Positions 27,959 to 37,015 of a DNA stretch of 64,000 nt are shown here, in pieces (the first letter of the stretch is position 1; the number at the start of each line of letters is the position of its first letter). The notes below the pieces were generated by a model. It worked only from the letters and a program-made list of their open reading frames with translations, made no database searches and was not told the DNA's origin. The position numbers were made by a program, and so were the translations under genes. The stretch lies in the sequence record ON287375.1; one strand, given 5' to 3'.

Positions 27959-28745
27959 AAGAACTAAAGGTACACTTCCTATAAGCGTCGGTACGGCGCT
28001 TGCTATAGAAGTTCTACCTGGGACAGCCATGCATAAGTATGGTGCCCTCCTGGTGAATCTCAGGACGATTATCCGTAATGCTAGACAAGCTTACGATGAT
28101 TACGTTCCGACGGTTAAGGAATTAACCCAAGCAGTCAAGGAAGACATCATCGGGATAGCTGAAGCAATAGTCGCAATGAAGATAAAGACGGTTTTAGAAT
28201 TAAAGTTTTACTACCCTAGCTATCTATCGTTACCAAGATTATTTCCTTTAGCAAAACTTAAAGACGTTGAGAAAGATGGAAATGATAATCAAAAGAAATT
28301 GGCTAGGCTGGATAAAGATGTTGCAACTAACATCTTAAAGGAGTTTGGAGATAGCATCCTTAAAACAGATTCCAAGATTCCTCAGTTTACTCATGACGCT
28401 TTGATTATCACTCACCATCCAGTCGATTTAGTAACGACTGATTCTTACGCCAGACTTAATCTATTAGAGTCTCATACTGGTGCGATCAAGAACTACACAT
28501 TGTTCTACACCAAGTTGACAGGTTCTGATAAATTTACAAACATACCTTTTAATAAACTGACGATACAGATATTTGGAGACAAATCTACAAACTTCTACTC
28601 TCAGTCATTAGGTGTGAAGAATGAAGTTAAGATGTTGGCGGATACTGCACGCTGGAGTACTGCATCAACGCCTTCATTAGTAGCAAGATCAATCCGATCT
28701 CTGGGCAATACACCAGAGAAACAAATTCTACTCAAAATGATTTAA
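27951..28745 (+). CDS. Conserved protein, possible 5'-3' exonuclease/PIN-like fold (phiKZ gp66-like position)
   Basis: Synteny between sbcD and chmC; LLVNLRTIIRN strand-helix; active site not evident. Confidence 0.55.
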   Translation: MIERTKGTLPISVGTALAIEVLPGTAMHKYGALLVNLRTIIRNARQAYDDYVPTVKELTQAVKEDIIGIAEAIVAMKIKTVLELKFYYPSYLSLPRLFPLAKLKDVEKDGNDNQKKLARLDKDVATNILKEFGDSILKTDSKIPQFTHDALIITHHPVDLVTTDSYARLNLLESHTGAIKNYTLFYTKLTGSDKFTNIPFNKLTIQIFGDKSTNFYSQSLGVKNEVKMLADTARWSTASTPSLVARSIRSLGNTPEKQILLKMI

Positions 28746-28759
28746 ATAAGGAACTTATT

Positions 28760-29530
28760 ATGGGCCAGCAACAAAACTTCGTACGTCGTCCACAAACCAT
28801 GTTCAACGACTTCCGTTATCCGATGCCTACCTCTGACAAACCAGTTGAAGGTGCTAAGTATCCAGCTCGTTGGGTTTGGGACTTCGGTCTGAACGGCAAC
28901 ATCTACTTCAAAGTGAATGATGGTATTTGGGGTAAAGATGATCGCAACGCCAAGTCTAAAGAAGTTGAACTGTCAGTATTTGACCGTGGTGCACTGTTGA
29001 ACCTGATGGAGAATGCGATCAATGATCCTAACTTCACCAAGGCTCAGTACCATGTTAAGAAAGTACAGTTTGGTTCTGGTGGTCGTCTGAACGATCATCC
29101 ATCTACTCTGGGTACTTTCACTGTTATCCGTGATCAGCATGGTCGTATCCTGGTTGGTTATTCCAAAGGAACTTACAAAGTAATGTTCCCATTCACCTCT
29201 CCTTATGAATCCACTATCCTGGTTTCCTCTAATGGTGGTGAACCAACTGAAGACCGTGGTCTGATGTCTCGTGTTTATTGCAAAGCTTTCATCGATTTCT
29301 CTCGTAAGTTCATGGATCAGTATGAATGGGATAACTACAAACCTAAAGAGAAGAAAGGTGAGAACAATAACGGCGGCGGTCGTCAAGGCGGCGGTAACTC
29401 TTGGGGTGGCAATAACCAAGGTGGCGGCAACAATAATAGTTGGGGTGGTAATGGCGGTAATAGCAACCAGTCTTCTGGTCAAACTCGCTCAGCCCCAGCT
29501 AATGATTTCGATGATGACATCGACTTTTGA
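28760..29530 (+). CDS. chmC: ChmC/Imp6-like nucleus-associated nucleic-acid-binding protein with Gly/Asn-rich disordered tail
   Basis: Folded N-terminal domain, G/N/Q-rich C-terminal tail, directly upstream of the sigma-like RNAP subunit and PicA. Confidence 0.75.
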   Translation: MGQQQNFVRRPQTMFNDFRYPMPTSDKPVEGAKYPARWVWDFGLNGNIYFKVNDGIWGKDDRNAKSKEVELSVFDRGALLNLMENAINDPNFTKAQYHVKKVQFGSGGRLNDHPSTLGTFTVIRDQHGRILVGYSKGTYKVMFPFTSPYESTILVSSNGGEPTEDRGLMSRVYCKAFIDFSRKFMDQYEWDNYKPKEKKGENNNGGGRQGGGNSWGGNNQGGGNNNSWGGNGGNSNQSSGQTRSAPANDFDDDIDF

Positions 29531-29550
29531 TGCCTAACTAATTCATAATC

Positions 29551-29576
29551 GAGAGTATCCCTTCGGGGATACTCTC
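29551..29576 (+). terminator. Terminator hairpin with UUCG loop
   Basis: GAGAGTATCCC-ttcg-GGGATACTCTC. Confidence 0.8.
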
Positions 29577-29654
29577 TCTATGTTTGTTTTGTTATTTTAA
29601 TTAATAACTCTACGATCCATATCCTGTCAATTCATTTTTGTAATGTCTATAAAT

Positions 29655-29681
29655 GTTGAAACAGATATTATTAGAGTGTAT
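29655..29681 (+). promoter_or_regulatory. Putative early promoter of the gp68-gp70-like operon
   Basis: GTTGAAACAGATATTATTAGAGTGTAT; shares ATATTATTAGAGTGTAT with the chmA promoter. Confidence 0.8.
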
Positions 29682-29715
29682 GAACATAAATGAATTTAGT
29701 TTAGGAGGATGTGCA

Positions 29716-31356
29716 ATGCTACGTTATGATATCCGAATGAGCGGCAAGAAAAACATTGACGCCATTATTGTAAGTTATAAAGGTGAAGAGATTATCTTCC
29801 GTGGTATTCAGAAAGTAAATGGTGGGGATGCCGACCAAGAACTGTTTGAATATCTGAATGAGTTCTTCGAAGGTTGTCAGCAGAAGAAAATCGACAAACT
29901 GTGGGATCTTCTTAAACAAGGTAAGAAGATTCTGGAGCCAGGTTATTTCGATGAAGTCGATTCTGCAGAACTGTCTGAACTCAGAAAGAATAATGGTGAC
30001 TATCGTTATCTGCAAGATAAACTGGAGCCGATCATTCGTGAGATCTATAACACTATCGCACCTAATGAAGTAGCTTATGGTGCAATGGTGACCGGGCGTT
30101 GTAAAGCTCCGAAAGATCTGATGGCAATGTCTTCCCTGGGTGATTATCCAGAAGAAACAACCATCGATAACATGAAGTATGAAGAACTGGTGAAGTTTGC
30201 ATTTGCAGGCCAACTGTCCTTCCCGATCATTAACCAGTTGCTGGATCATGTTTCCGGTATTGCAGGTAAAGACGGTAAAGATGCAATCGCGGGTGGTTTG
30301 ATCTCTCGTATTGAAGCACTAACTGCTATGGATGGTTGGAAGATTCTCGACACATATGTTCGAGCATCTTGCATCCGTCAGGAAGCAAGACGCAATAGTA
30401 TCAGTGTGGTCAGTGATGTTAAGTATATTGACTATATCGTATATAAAGGTTTGTTTAACAAACTGTGTCTGACTTTCCTGCCAAGCAAGATCAATGGCAA
30501 GAACCTTTCTAAAGAACTGAACAGTTTAGTAGAAGGTGAGATTCGTGGTGGATCCGATATTAAGTTCAAAACTTATAAAGATCCAAAGCCAGGTTCTGAT
30601 GATCAATCGATTCCAGAATCTTTCCGAATCACTCAGGCTGTAAACGGTACTGATGAAATTGCGCAGGCTGAGTATTTCACATTCGATTTGTATATCGAAG
30701 AACATACTCAAGATCAATGGGGTAATCCAGTAGTTAACTATCTGAAAAAGCCAAAGGACTTCTTCAGTCATCAATGTTTAGGTCTGGGCGTTAAGAACCA
30801 GTTCCTGGCAGAACGTCTGTTCAATACACTTCCACGTGTTTGGGATTTCCGTTTGAATTCCATCCATATGAAGTTACTGCAACTGGCATTCATCGACGAC
30901 ATTAACTATAACCTGATTCCGGTCCTGAACTATGACCAGCTCATGGCAGCTATCTGTCTGGCTCAAGTGAAACTGTTTGAAATGGGATTTGAGCATCTGG
31001 CATGTCTGTGTTCGATTGTTCGTAATCCTAGTTATCCAGTAGCGTTCTTGGATGATGACTTTAAGTTGTCCACTAAAGATCGTGAAATGCTGACTGAGAT
31101 GTGTGACATTTATGTGGGTCAATCTGTATCCACTACTGAAAACATCTTAGTTAAATCTGTATCTGATTTCCTGGACGAACTCAGTACCTCCGGTTGGGAC
31201 TCCACTATCGAGCCTGGGCTGTTGGGTAATGAGAAATTCGTAAACGCGATGGCTTCTGGTCAAATGTATCAACTTGATCTTGTACCTGAAATGAAACGCG
31301 AACTCCTGGAATTGGTTAAACTGACAAACACTGTAGAAGAGAAGGAAGCTGAATAA
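29716..31356 (+). CDS. Non-virion RNAP sigma-like/specificity subunit (phiKZ gp68-like)
   Basis: Size and synteny; start moved to ATG 29716 (perfect SD AGGAGG) because the track start overlaps the promoter. Confidence 0.8.
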   Translation: MLRYDIRMSGKKNIDAIIVSYKGEEIIFRGIQKVNGGDADQELFEYLNEFFEGCQQKKIDKLWDLLKQGKKILEPGYFDEVDSAELSELRKNNGDYRYLQDKLEPIIREIYNTIAPNEVAYGAMVTGRCKAPKDLMAMSSLGDYPEETTIDNMKYEELVKFAFAGQLSFPIINQLLDHVSGIAGKDGKDAIAGGLISRIEALTAMDGWKILDTYVRASCIRQEARRNSISVVSDVKYIDYIVYKGLFNKLCLTFLPSKINGKNLSKELNSLVEGEIRGGSDIKFKTYKDPKPGSDDQSIPESFRITQAVNGTDEIAQAEYFTFDLYIEEHTQDQWGNPVVNYLKKPKDFFSHQCLGLGVKNQFLAERLFNTLPRVWDFRLNSIHMKLLQLAFIDDINYNLIPVLNYDQLMAAICLAQVKLFEMGFEHLACLCSIVRNPSYPVAFLDDDFKLSTKDREMLTEMCDIYVGQSVSTTENILVKSVSDFLDELSTSGWDSTIEPGLLGNEKFVNAMASGQMYQLDLVPEMKRELLELVKLTNTVEEKEAE

Positions 31357-32903
31357 TGAACATGACTCTGGTAAAAGCACGCGCTGGTCTGACTAACTAC
31401 TATCACCAACAAGTAATCCGAAATGCAGCGATGGATATCGATCCAACTCTGATCGATCAGCTGACTGAAGAAAACCTGATGGGTGGTGTAAATCCAGCAA
31501 CCCTGCAAATGGTTGCGGTTTATTCTGGTGGTCTGAATGCACAGGCAACTGATTTTGCTAATATCATGGGTGGTTGGAATGAATCCAAAGGTTTGATGAT
31601 GCTGGACTTCATCACTCAGGATTCTCCGGTAGCTGTAGAATATATGCACGTTATCGGTTATGTCACCAATAACGGTTCCGACCAAGGTCTGACTACTGAT
31701 GCAGTGTTCACACCGGTAATGAGCTGGAAGACTCATGAAACCATTACAGCTAACTTCCTGGGTGGGGATACTCCAACTACCACTCGTCGGATGATTGGCG
31801 GTCGTACTGATTATCTCTTGAACGATGGTTCTCAGGCTCAGGGTATGGTTTCCATGCGACCGAATGACGTCATCGATTTCTCCATTGAGCGTGCAGGTGC
31901 TCAAGATGTAATGGAACGTATGGAAGACGAAGGTCTGACTGGTGTTATCCCACAGATTGGTGTTGCCGGAACAAGTATCGATCGTGTTGGTGTTATTGCA
32001 TCTAAACGTAATAACCTGAACCCAAGTTCTTATGCCAAAGACATTCTGTCTGCTGGTACTGGTTATCAACGTAACCAACAACTGAGCAGCAATACTGTTG
32101 ATAGCATGGGTGAAAACCTGAGCGTGTTCGATGGGATGTTCAACGATCTGGCAGCCGTATCTTATCAGGCAAGCAATAAAGAACCACAACTTCTGCGTGA
32201 TGACTTCTTCCGTTCTATGATGGATGTAATGGGCCAAGCACAGATGCGTGGGTTTACTGGTTATTCCATCAGTGACTTGCTGTGCGCATTCGAGAACCTG
32301 AACGATGTTCTGGATCTAACATTCATGGATAAAGCCCAGTTCGCGGTAAATGATTTTACCCAGAACACTGAGAGCATGGGTACTTCTCAAATTGAAGAAT
32401 TCGTGTCTCAGGAAATTACCATGAATATCATGGACCTGATGATCAAGTATGGTCTGTCTGCAATCAACTTCCGTGGTTCTAACTGTGACCACTTTGGTGG
32501 GGACGGTGCTCTGAGCAACGTGGTTATTCTTCCTTATAGTCCGGCATCTCTGTCTGAAGATGACTTTGATATTGGTAATAAGGTACAAGCATTTGTCGAT
32601 GAACTGACTAACCAGATCTTCGCTAAACTGAATGGTCTGCGTACTTCTGATTTGACTCCGATTCGTTTTGATGTAAATGCCGAACTGTTTGGTACTTGTA
32701 TCATCAACATGCAACGGGTGACCGATCAGAACATGTCTACTGGGTTTAACCTGCAGGATACTGGAGTTCCTACTGGTATGTGTTCTCGCGTATATCCGAC
32801 TTATGCGTTGAATAACTATTCCCCAGTTATTGGTGATAAAGAACAAGCTCAGCTGGCTGGGTCTAACTTCTATACCAATATCACCAACCACTTCTCTCGC
32901 TAA
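31356..32903 (+). CDS. picA: PicA/Imp1-like phage-nucleus protein-import factor (phiKZ gp69-like)
   Basis: Immediately downstream of the gp68-like gene (TAATG coupling); 515 aa; synteny-based. Confidence 0.75.
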   Translation: MNMTLVKARAGLTNYYHQQVIRNAAMDIDPTLIDQLTEENLMGGVNPATLQMVAVYSGGLNAQATDFANIMGGWNESKGLMMLDFITQDSPVAVEYMHVIGYVTNNGSDQGLTTDAVFTPVMSWKTHETITANFLGGDTPTTTRRMIGGRTDYLLNDGSQAQGMVSMRPNDVIDFSIERAGAQDVMERMEDEGLTGVIPQIGVAGTSIDRVGVIASKRNNLNPSSYAKDILSAGTGYQRNQQLSSNTVDSMGENLSVFDGMFNDLAAVSYQASNKEPQLLRDDFFRSMMDVMGQAQMRGFTGYSISDLLCAFENLNDVLDLTFMDKAQFAVNDFTQNTESMGTSQIEEFVSQEITMNIMDLMIKYGLSAINFRGSNCDHFGGDGALSNVVILPYSPASLSEDDFDIGNKVQAFVDELTNQIFAKLNGLRTSDLTPIRFDVNAELFGTCIINMQRVTDQNMSTGFNLQDTGVPTGMCSRVYPTYALNNYSPVIGDKEQAQLAGSNFYTNITNHFSR

Positions 32904-32928
32904 CAAATTTAAAACTGGAATATAGATA

Positions 32929-34419
32929 ATGAACAAGCTGAATAAACTGTATGAAGCAATGCTGAAATCCTGGGGCTGTGTGTTTGGTGAAGACGCAGCA
33001 CTGATGTTAAACTTTGCTGGTACTGAAGTTCCGGTTAAGGTTGATGACAAGCAGACTTATCTGCCTACATCTGAAAACCTGAATGGCGTGACTATCGGTA
33101 AAGTGTTCTTCCATCCAGCATGCGAATCCATCATGTCTAAGGAAACCGAGATCTTTAAGGTTATCCGTAAACTGACTTCTGCCAAGATCTATGCAGTATT
33201 CCAGCCGATTGCTGATGTACTGTTCTCTGTGGCTGGTAAAAAGTCAGGTAAGACTTTGAATGGCAAAATGCTGGAAATGCTGGAACCTTTCAAAACAGCA
33301 ACCAAAGCAGTTAAACAGGAAGTGATCGATATTATCAAAACGATCTCTATTACTGTTGAAGGTAATGGGTTGGATACTCGACTGATCAACTTCAGTCTGA
33401 TTAAAGGTGGTAAAACGGATGACGATGAGTCCATCTATTATACTGCTACTCCAAGCTTCCCGTTCTATACTGAACTGTGTCGGACCATCGGTCAGAACGA
33501 TCACATGAAGCCAGGTGATCGCCTGAACTTCAATAACCTGAATGTATCCATGCAAGCTATGCGTACAACTCAGGCTCTGTTCGAACTGGCACTGCCGGCA
33601 TGTCTGGATCCATCTCGTAAGAAGTATTCCACTACTTCTCCTGATGCAGCACGTCTGGTTGCTTATCTGCATTCGTATGGTCTGGTTGCATCTGACCTGA
33701 ACAGTCTGATTGGTAAGTTCCGTAAAGAGTTCGACTCCATTGGTATTTATGGTATCGATCTGGAATGGTTGTCTGATCTGGATGAAATCGGTGAAATCAA
33801 GAAACTGATTCCTTCCCTGGATTATAACAACTACAACATGACTTCTGCTCCAGAAGCTCCGGCGTCTAACAGTGGTGCTCGTATCTCTAGCTATAACCCA
33901 ATGGCTGGTGTGCTGAACACTATTAGCGATAATGGAAATGTACCGGCTCCTACTGGTGCTAATACTCCTGCTTCTGCTCCTAAGACTCCAGATGCACTGC
34001 CAGGTGAGAACTATATCGGTTGTGATTATAACCAGACTAGCGGTATTTATGAATTTAAATTCCAACAGTCTAATGGTTATGTTCGTGTTCGTTGTGTGGC
34101 TGAAGATGGTCGTTTCATTTCTGAGAACTTCCAAAACCCAATGCAGCAAAACAACATGGGCATGCCTGGCATGATGGCTCTCCCTAATACCGGTCTTCCA
34201 GGAATGATGCCAATCCCCGGTATGATGAACGGCATGCCAAACACCGGTTTGCCTATGGGTATGCAGATGGGTGGGTTTGTTCGTGATCCGTATACCGGTG
34301 GTTTCGTACCAGCAGGTAACCAGATGCAGAACAACTTCCAACAACCAATGAACACTGGCTTCCAGAATCCAATCGGTGGAATGGAATACGGTGGTACTGT
34401 TGGGATTAACAACTACTAA
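32929..34419 (+). CDS. Conserved core protein (phiKZ gp70-like) with a Met/Gly/Pro/Asn-rich low-complexity C-terminus
   Basis: Synteny; tail MQQNNMGMPGMM...GINNY. Confidence 0.75.
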   Translation: MNKLNKLYEAMLKSWGCVFGEDAALMLNFAGTEVPVKVDDKQTYLPTSENLNGVTIGKVFFHPACESIMSKETEIFKVIRKLTSAKIYAVFQPIADVLFSVAGKKSGKTLNGKMLEMLEPFKTATKAVKQEVIDIIKTISITVEGNGLDTRLINFSLIKGGKTDDDESIYYTATPSFPFYTELCRTIGQNDHMKPGDRLNFNNLNVSMQAMRTTQALFELALPACLDPSRKKYSTTSPDAARLVAYLHSYGLVASDLNSLIGKFRKEFDSIGIYGIDLEWLSDLDEIGEIKKLIPSLDYNNYNMTSAPEAPASNSGARISSYNPMAGVLNTISDNGNVPAPTGANTPASAPKTPDALPGENYIGCDYNQTSGIYEFKFQQSNGYVRVRCVAEDGRFISENFQNPMQQNNMGMPGMMALPNTGLPGMMPIPGMMNGMPNTGLPMGMQMGGFVRDPYTGGFVPAGNQMQNNFQQPMNTGFQNPIGGMEYGGTVGINNY

Positions 34420-34442
34420 TTAGAAAACATTTATGTAAATAA

Positions 34443-34470
34443 CTACCACCTACTCTATAGTAGGTGGTAG
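34443..34470. terminator. Bidirectional terminator
   Basis: CTACCACCTAC-tctata-GTAGGTGGTAG between convergent genes. Confidence 0.8.
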
Positions 34471-34491
34471 CTTTATATATTTGTTTTTCTT

Positions 34492-34839
34492 TTATTCTCT
34501 TCTTACACGAGTTACTTGAATGACAGAATCAATTTGTTCTGCTGTAACGGTGTAGATTCCTTTTAAGTGCATAAAGTCCTGATTAGGATCTTCAATACCA
34601 TTTAGATAACTAATGGTCCAGATCAACTCCTCAGGGATAGATGGATTCTCACCACCCAACTGTCTAAGGAATTTGTGGAAGTTGTAACGATAAGCAAACT
34701 TAATTGAATCCCCGATGAATGGAGAGAAAGAAGCTTGTGCTAACAAAATCTCTTTGCAAGAACGAATGATTGTTTTGTATTCTGGGGTAAAGTAATATGC
34801 ATTACCATAAGGAACGATTAAAGGCATAACGGTTTCCAA
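34492..34839 (-). CDS. Small conserved protein, LysM/T4 gp53-like baseplate candidate
   Basis: IWTISYLNGIEDP resembles the YWxIxxxNxIxDP pattern of gp53/LysM baseplate proteins. Confidence 0.55.
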   Translation of the reverse strand: METVMPLIVPYGNAYYFTPEYKTIIRSCKEILLAQASFSPFIGDSIKFAYRYNFHKFLRQLGGENPSIPEELIWTISYLNGIEDPNQDFMHLKGIYTVTAEQIDSVIQVTRVRRE

Positions 34840-34858
34840 TTAATTTTGAGCCAAAGAT

Positions 34859-34884
34859 AATCAGACAGATATTATCTATATGTA
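34859..34884 (+). promoter_or_regulatory. Putative early promoter of the RNAP beta/beta-prime genes
   Basis: AATCAGACAGATATTATCTATATGT. Confidence 0.7.
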
Positions 34885-34906
34885 ATCAACATAGAGGTAT
34901 TAGTGA

Positions 34907-37015
34907 ATGAGCAATAAACATAACCAAATAAAATCTAATACTGCTGGCCTAGCCATCGGTATGAACCCAAACCGTGCAACTAACTCCTCTGCACGTTTGT
35001 ATATGCTTGGTAAGAACCAAGGTAAGGCTGCCGTTATTTGGGGATCCACTAACCGCAAATATTCCTCTGGCGATGAACAAGAATATGCACGAACTGCTCG
35101 AAAGGTACAAGCTCTCTCTGATGTGGAAGTCGAAGAGGTTCTGTTTGTACGTGACATCATTAACGAAAAAGAACCCAGCATGTGGGGTACTTATTATGTA
35201 ATCGTTAAGGATCTAGAAACTGGCTTCTATGATCTCATCGAGATGCCCAAGTTCAATGCTCAAAATATGGACCTTGGCTTTGAGTATCATTATGATAACG
35301 ACCTGATGCGTCAGTTAACTAAAGGTGCTCGATTCCGTAAAGGTACCGTGTTCGCGACCAGTAGTCGAATCACTGAGTCCAATGAGTGGTGTCCTGGTGT
35401 TGAGACTAAAGTAGCTGCGATGTCTCACTCGTATACCGAGGAGGATGCGGTATTCATCTTTGAACATTATGCCAAGAAGATTGGTGTAACATTCAAACGT
35501 AATCTGGAGTTCCAATGGAACGAAGAAGAATACGTTATGTTGAATCTGTATGGCACACTGGATAATCACCAAGGTGTTCCACTGTCTGGTGAGAAGGTTC
35601 GTAGCGATGGTATTGTAATGGGCTTCCGTCGTAAGGATCCTGATGCAGCAATGGCTGGCTTAACTAAAGCAGCTCTGATGAATCCAGATCCAATTTATGA
35701 CATTCTGTTCTATTCATCTCCAAACTGTATCGTTGCAGATATCAAAGTTGAGACTGAGCGTTATAAGAACCTATCCAATAACAAACGTGCTGAGAAACGT
35801 AGTCAACCTCATACTCGTCTACTGGAAAGACTGGAAGAGGAACAAAACAGTTTCGCAAATAGCATCGTGAGCTGGTATCGTTCTAAGCAGAAACAGTATA
35901 TCGATAAGAAACCACCTCTGACTCGTGAACTGTGGAACTTCATTACCTTTATGGGCGCAGGTCAGATCACTCGTGATTTCACCACTCCAAACTCTAATGG
36001 TAAATATACTAAGATCAAACGTAAGCTGGGTAATATCCAGTTGAAAGATTGGCGTATCCAAGTTTCTCTGCGTGAAGATGTAGAAGGTCAGGTTCGATTC
36101 AAGAATACTGGTATGGATGGTAACAAATCCGTTATCATGAAAATCCTACCATCTGAATGTGCGCCAGTTGATGATCACGGTGTAATGGCCGACATGGTTG
36201 TTGGTAACACTCCTGGTTATCGTCGACAGATCTTTAACTCCTTTATGGAATTAGATATCAACTTTGTCAATATCCATCTTTATCCAGAAATCGTTAAAGC
36301 GTATCAAGCCAAAGACTTCAAGAAAGCCTGGCAGCTTGCACGTGATTTCTATGATACCGTTTCTCCTGATCATGGGGCGATGGCAGATGCGTTTAATGCG
36401 GAAGAACGTATGCAGCATCTGGAATGGATTATGCGGGATGAGAATGAGTTCTCTGCGCTTGGTAATAACACTGGCGATGTTCAAGGTGTTAAAATCATCG
36501 AACGTCTTGCAGACAAATATCCGCACATTCAACCAACTCCAGTAACTTGGATTAATGAATGGGGTGAAAAGAAACGTAGTCGCCATCCAATCGTGATTAG
36601 TTCCGTTTATTATATCATGTTGGATAAATTCGGTGATGACATCTCTTGTCAATCCACTCCGAAGCTGAACATCTTTGGTCTGCCGACATCTCTGTCCAAG
36701 CATGAACGTGCTCGTGATTTCTATCGTGCAACGTTGAACCGAAATGTGGGCGAGACTGAAGGTCGTTTATATATTAACCAAAAAGGTGGCGGTGCAGCAG
36801 TACGAGTACTGGCTTTAGCCAACAGCGCCGAGTTGTTAGAAGAAGCTGTCCGTCGATTAATTCGTTCCGACAACCCATTCGAAATTCCGCGTCTGGTCCT
36901 ACCTGGTGAAGAGAAGAAGAACCACTCTCTCCAGGTAATTGATAACATGCTCTCTGATTTTGGTTTAGGATTTAGGAAAGAAAATGAAAACGATAAAGCT
37001 GCGCGAGTTCGCTAA
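34907..37015 (+). CDS. rpoB: Non-virion RNAP beta subunit, C-terminal part (phiKZ gp71-73-like), uninterrupted
   Basis: beta motifs SSARLYM, YTEEDAV, GMDGNKSVI, YYIMLDK, RNVGETEGR. Confidence 0.9.
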   Translation: MSNKHNQIKSNTAGLAIGMNPNRATNSSARLYMLGKNQGKAAVIWGSTNRKYSSGDEQEYARTARKVQALSDVEVEEVLFVRDIINEKEPSMWGTYYVIVKDLETGFYDLIEMPKFNAQNMDLGFEYHYDNDLMRQLTKGARFRKGTVFATSSRITESNEWCPGVETKVAAMSHSYTEEDAVFIFEHYAKKIGVTFKRNLEFQWNEEEYVMLNLYGTLDNHQGVPLSGEKVRSDGIVMGFRRKDPDAAMAGLTKAALMNPDPIYDILFYSSPNCIVADIKVETERYKNLSNNKRAEKRSQPHTRLLERLEEEQNSFANSIVSWYRSKQKQYIDKKPPLTRELWNFITFMGAGQITRDFTTPNSNGKYTKIKRKLGNIQLKDWRIQVSLREDVEGQVRFKNTGMDGNKSVIMKILPSECAPVDDHGVMADMVVGNTPGYRRQIFNSFMELDINFVNIHLYPEIVKAYQAKDFKKAWQLARDFYDTVSPDHGAMADAFNAEERMQHLEWIMRDENEFSALGNNTGDVQGVKIIERLADKYPHIQPTPVTWINEWGEKKRSRHPIVISSVYYIMLDKFGDDISCQSTPKLNIFGLPTSLSKHERARDFYRATLNRNVGETEGRLYINQKGGGAAVRVLALANSAELLEEAVRRLIRSDNPFEIPRLVLPGEEKKNHSLQVIDNMLSDFGLGFRKENENDKAARVR

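Noticed and set aside
29355-29475. GGCGGC/AATAAC short repeats as a DNA repeat array or CRISPR
   Set aside because: Simply codons for the Gly/Asn-rich ChmC tail; no repeat-spacer periodicity
29653-29715. N-terminal extensions in the ORF track (also 4578, 21872, 25261, 42683, 46601, 52966, 63076)
   Set aside because: They run through promoter motifs, terminators or upstream genes; downstream ATGs have clear SD sequences
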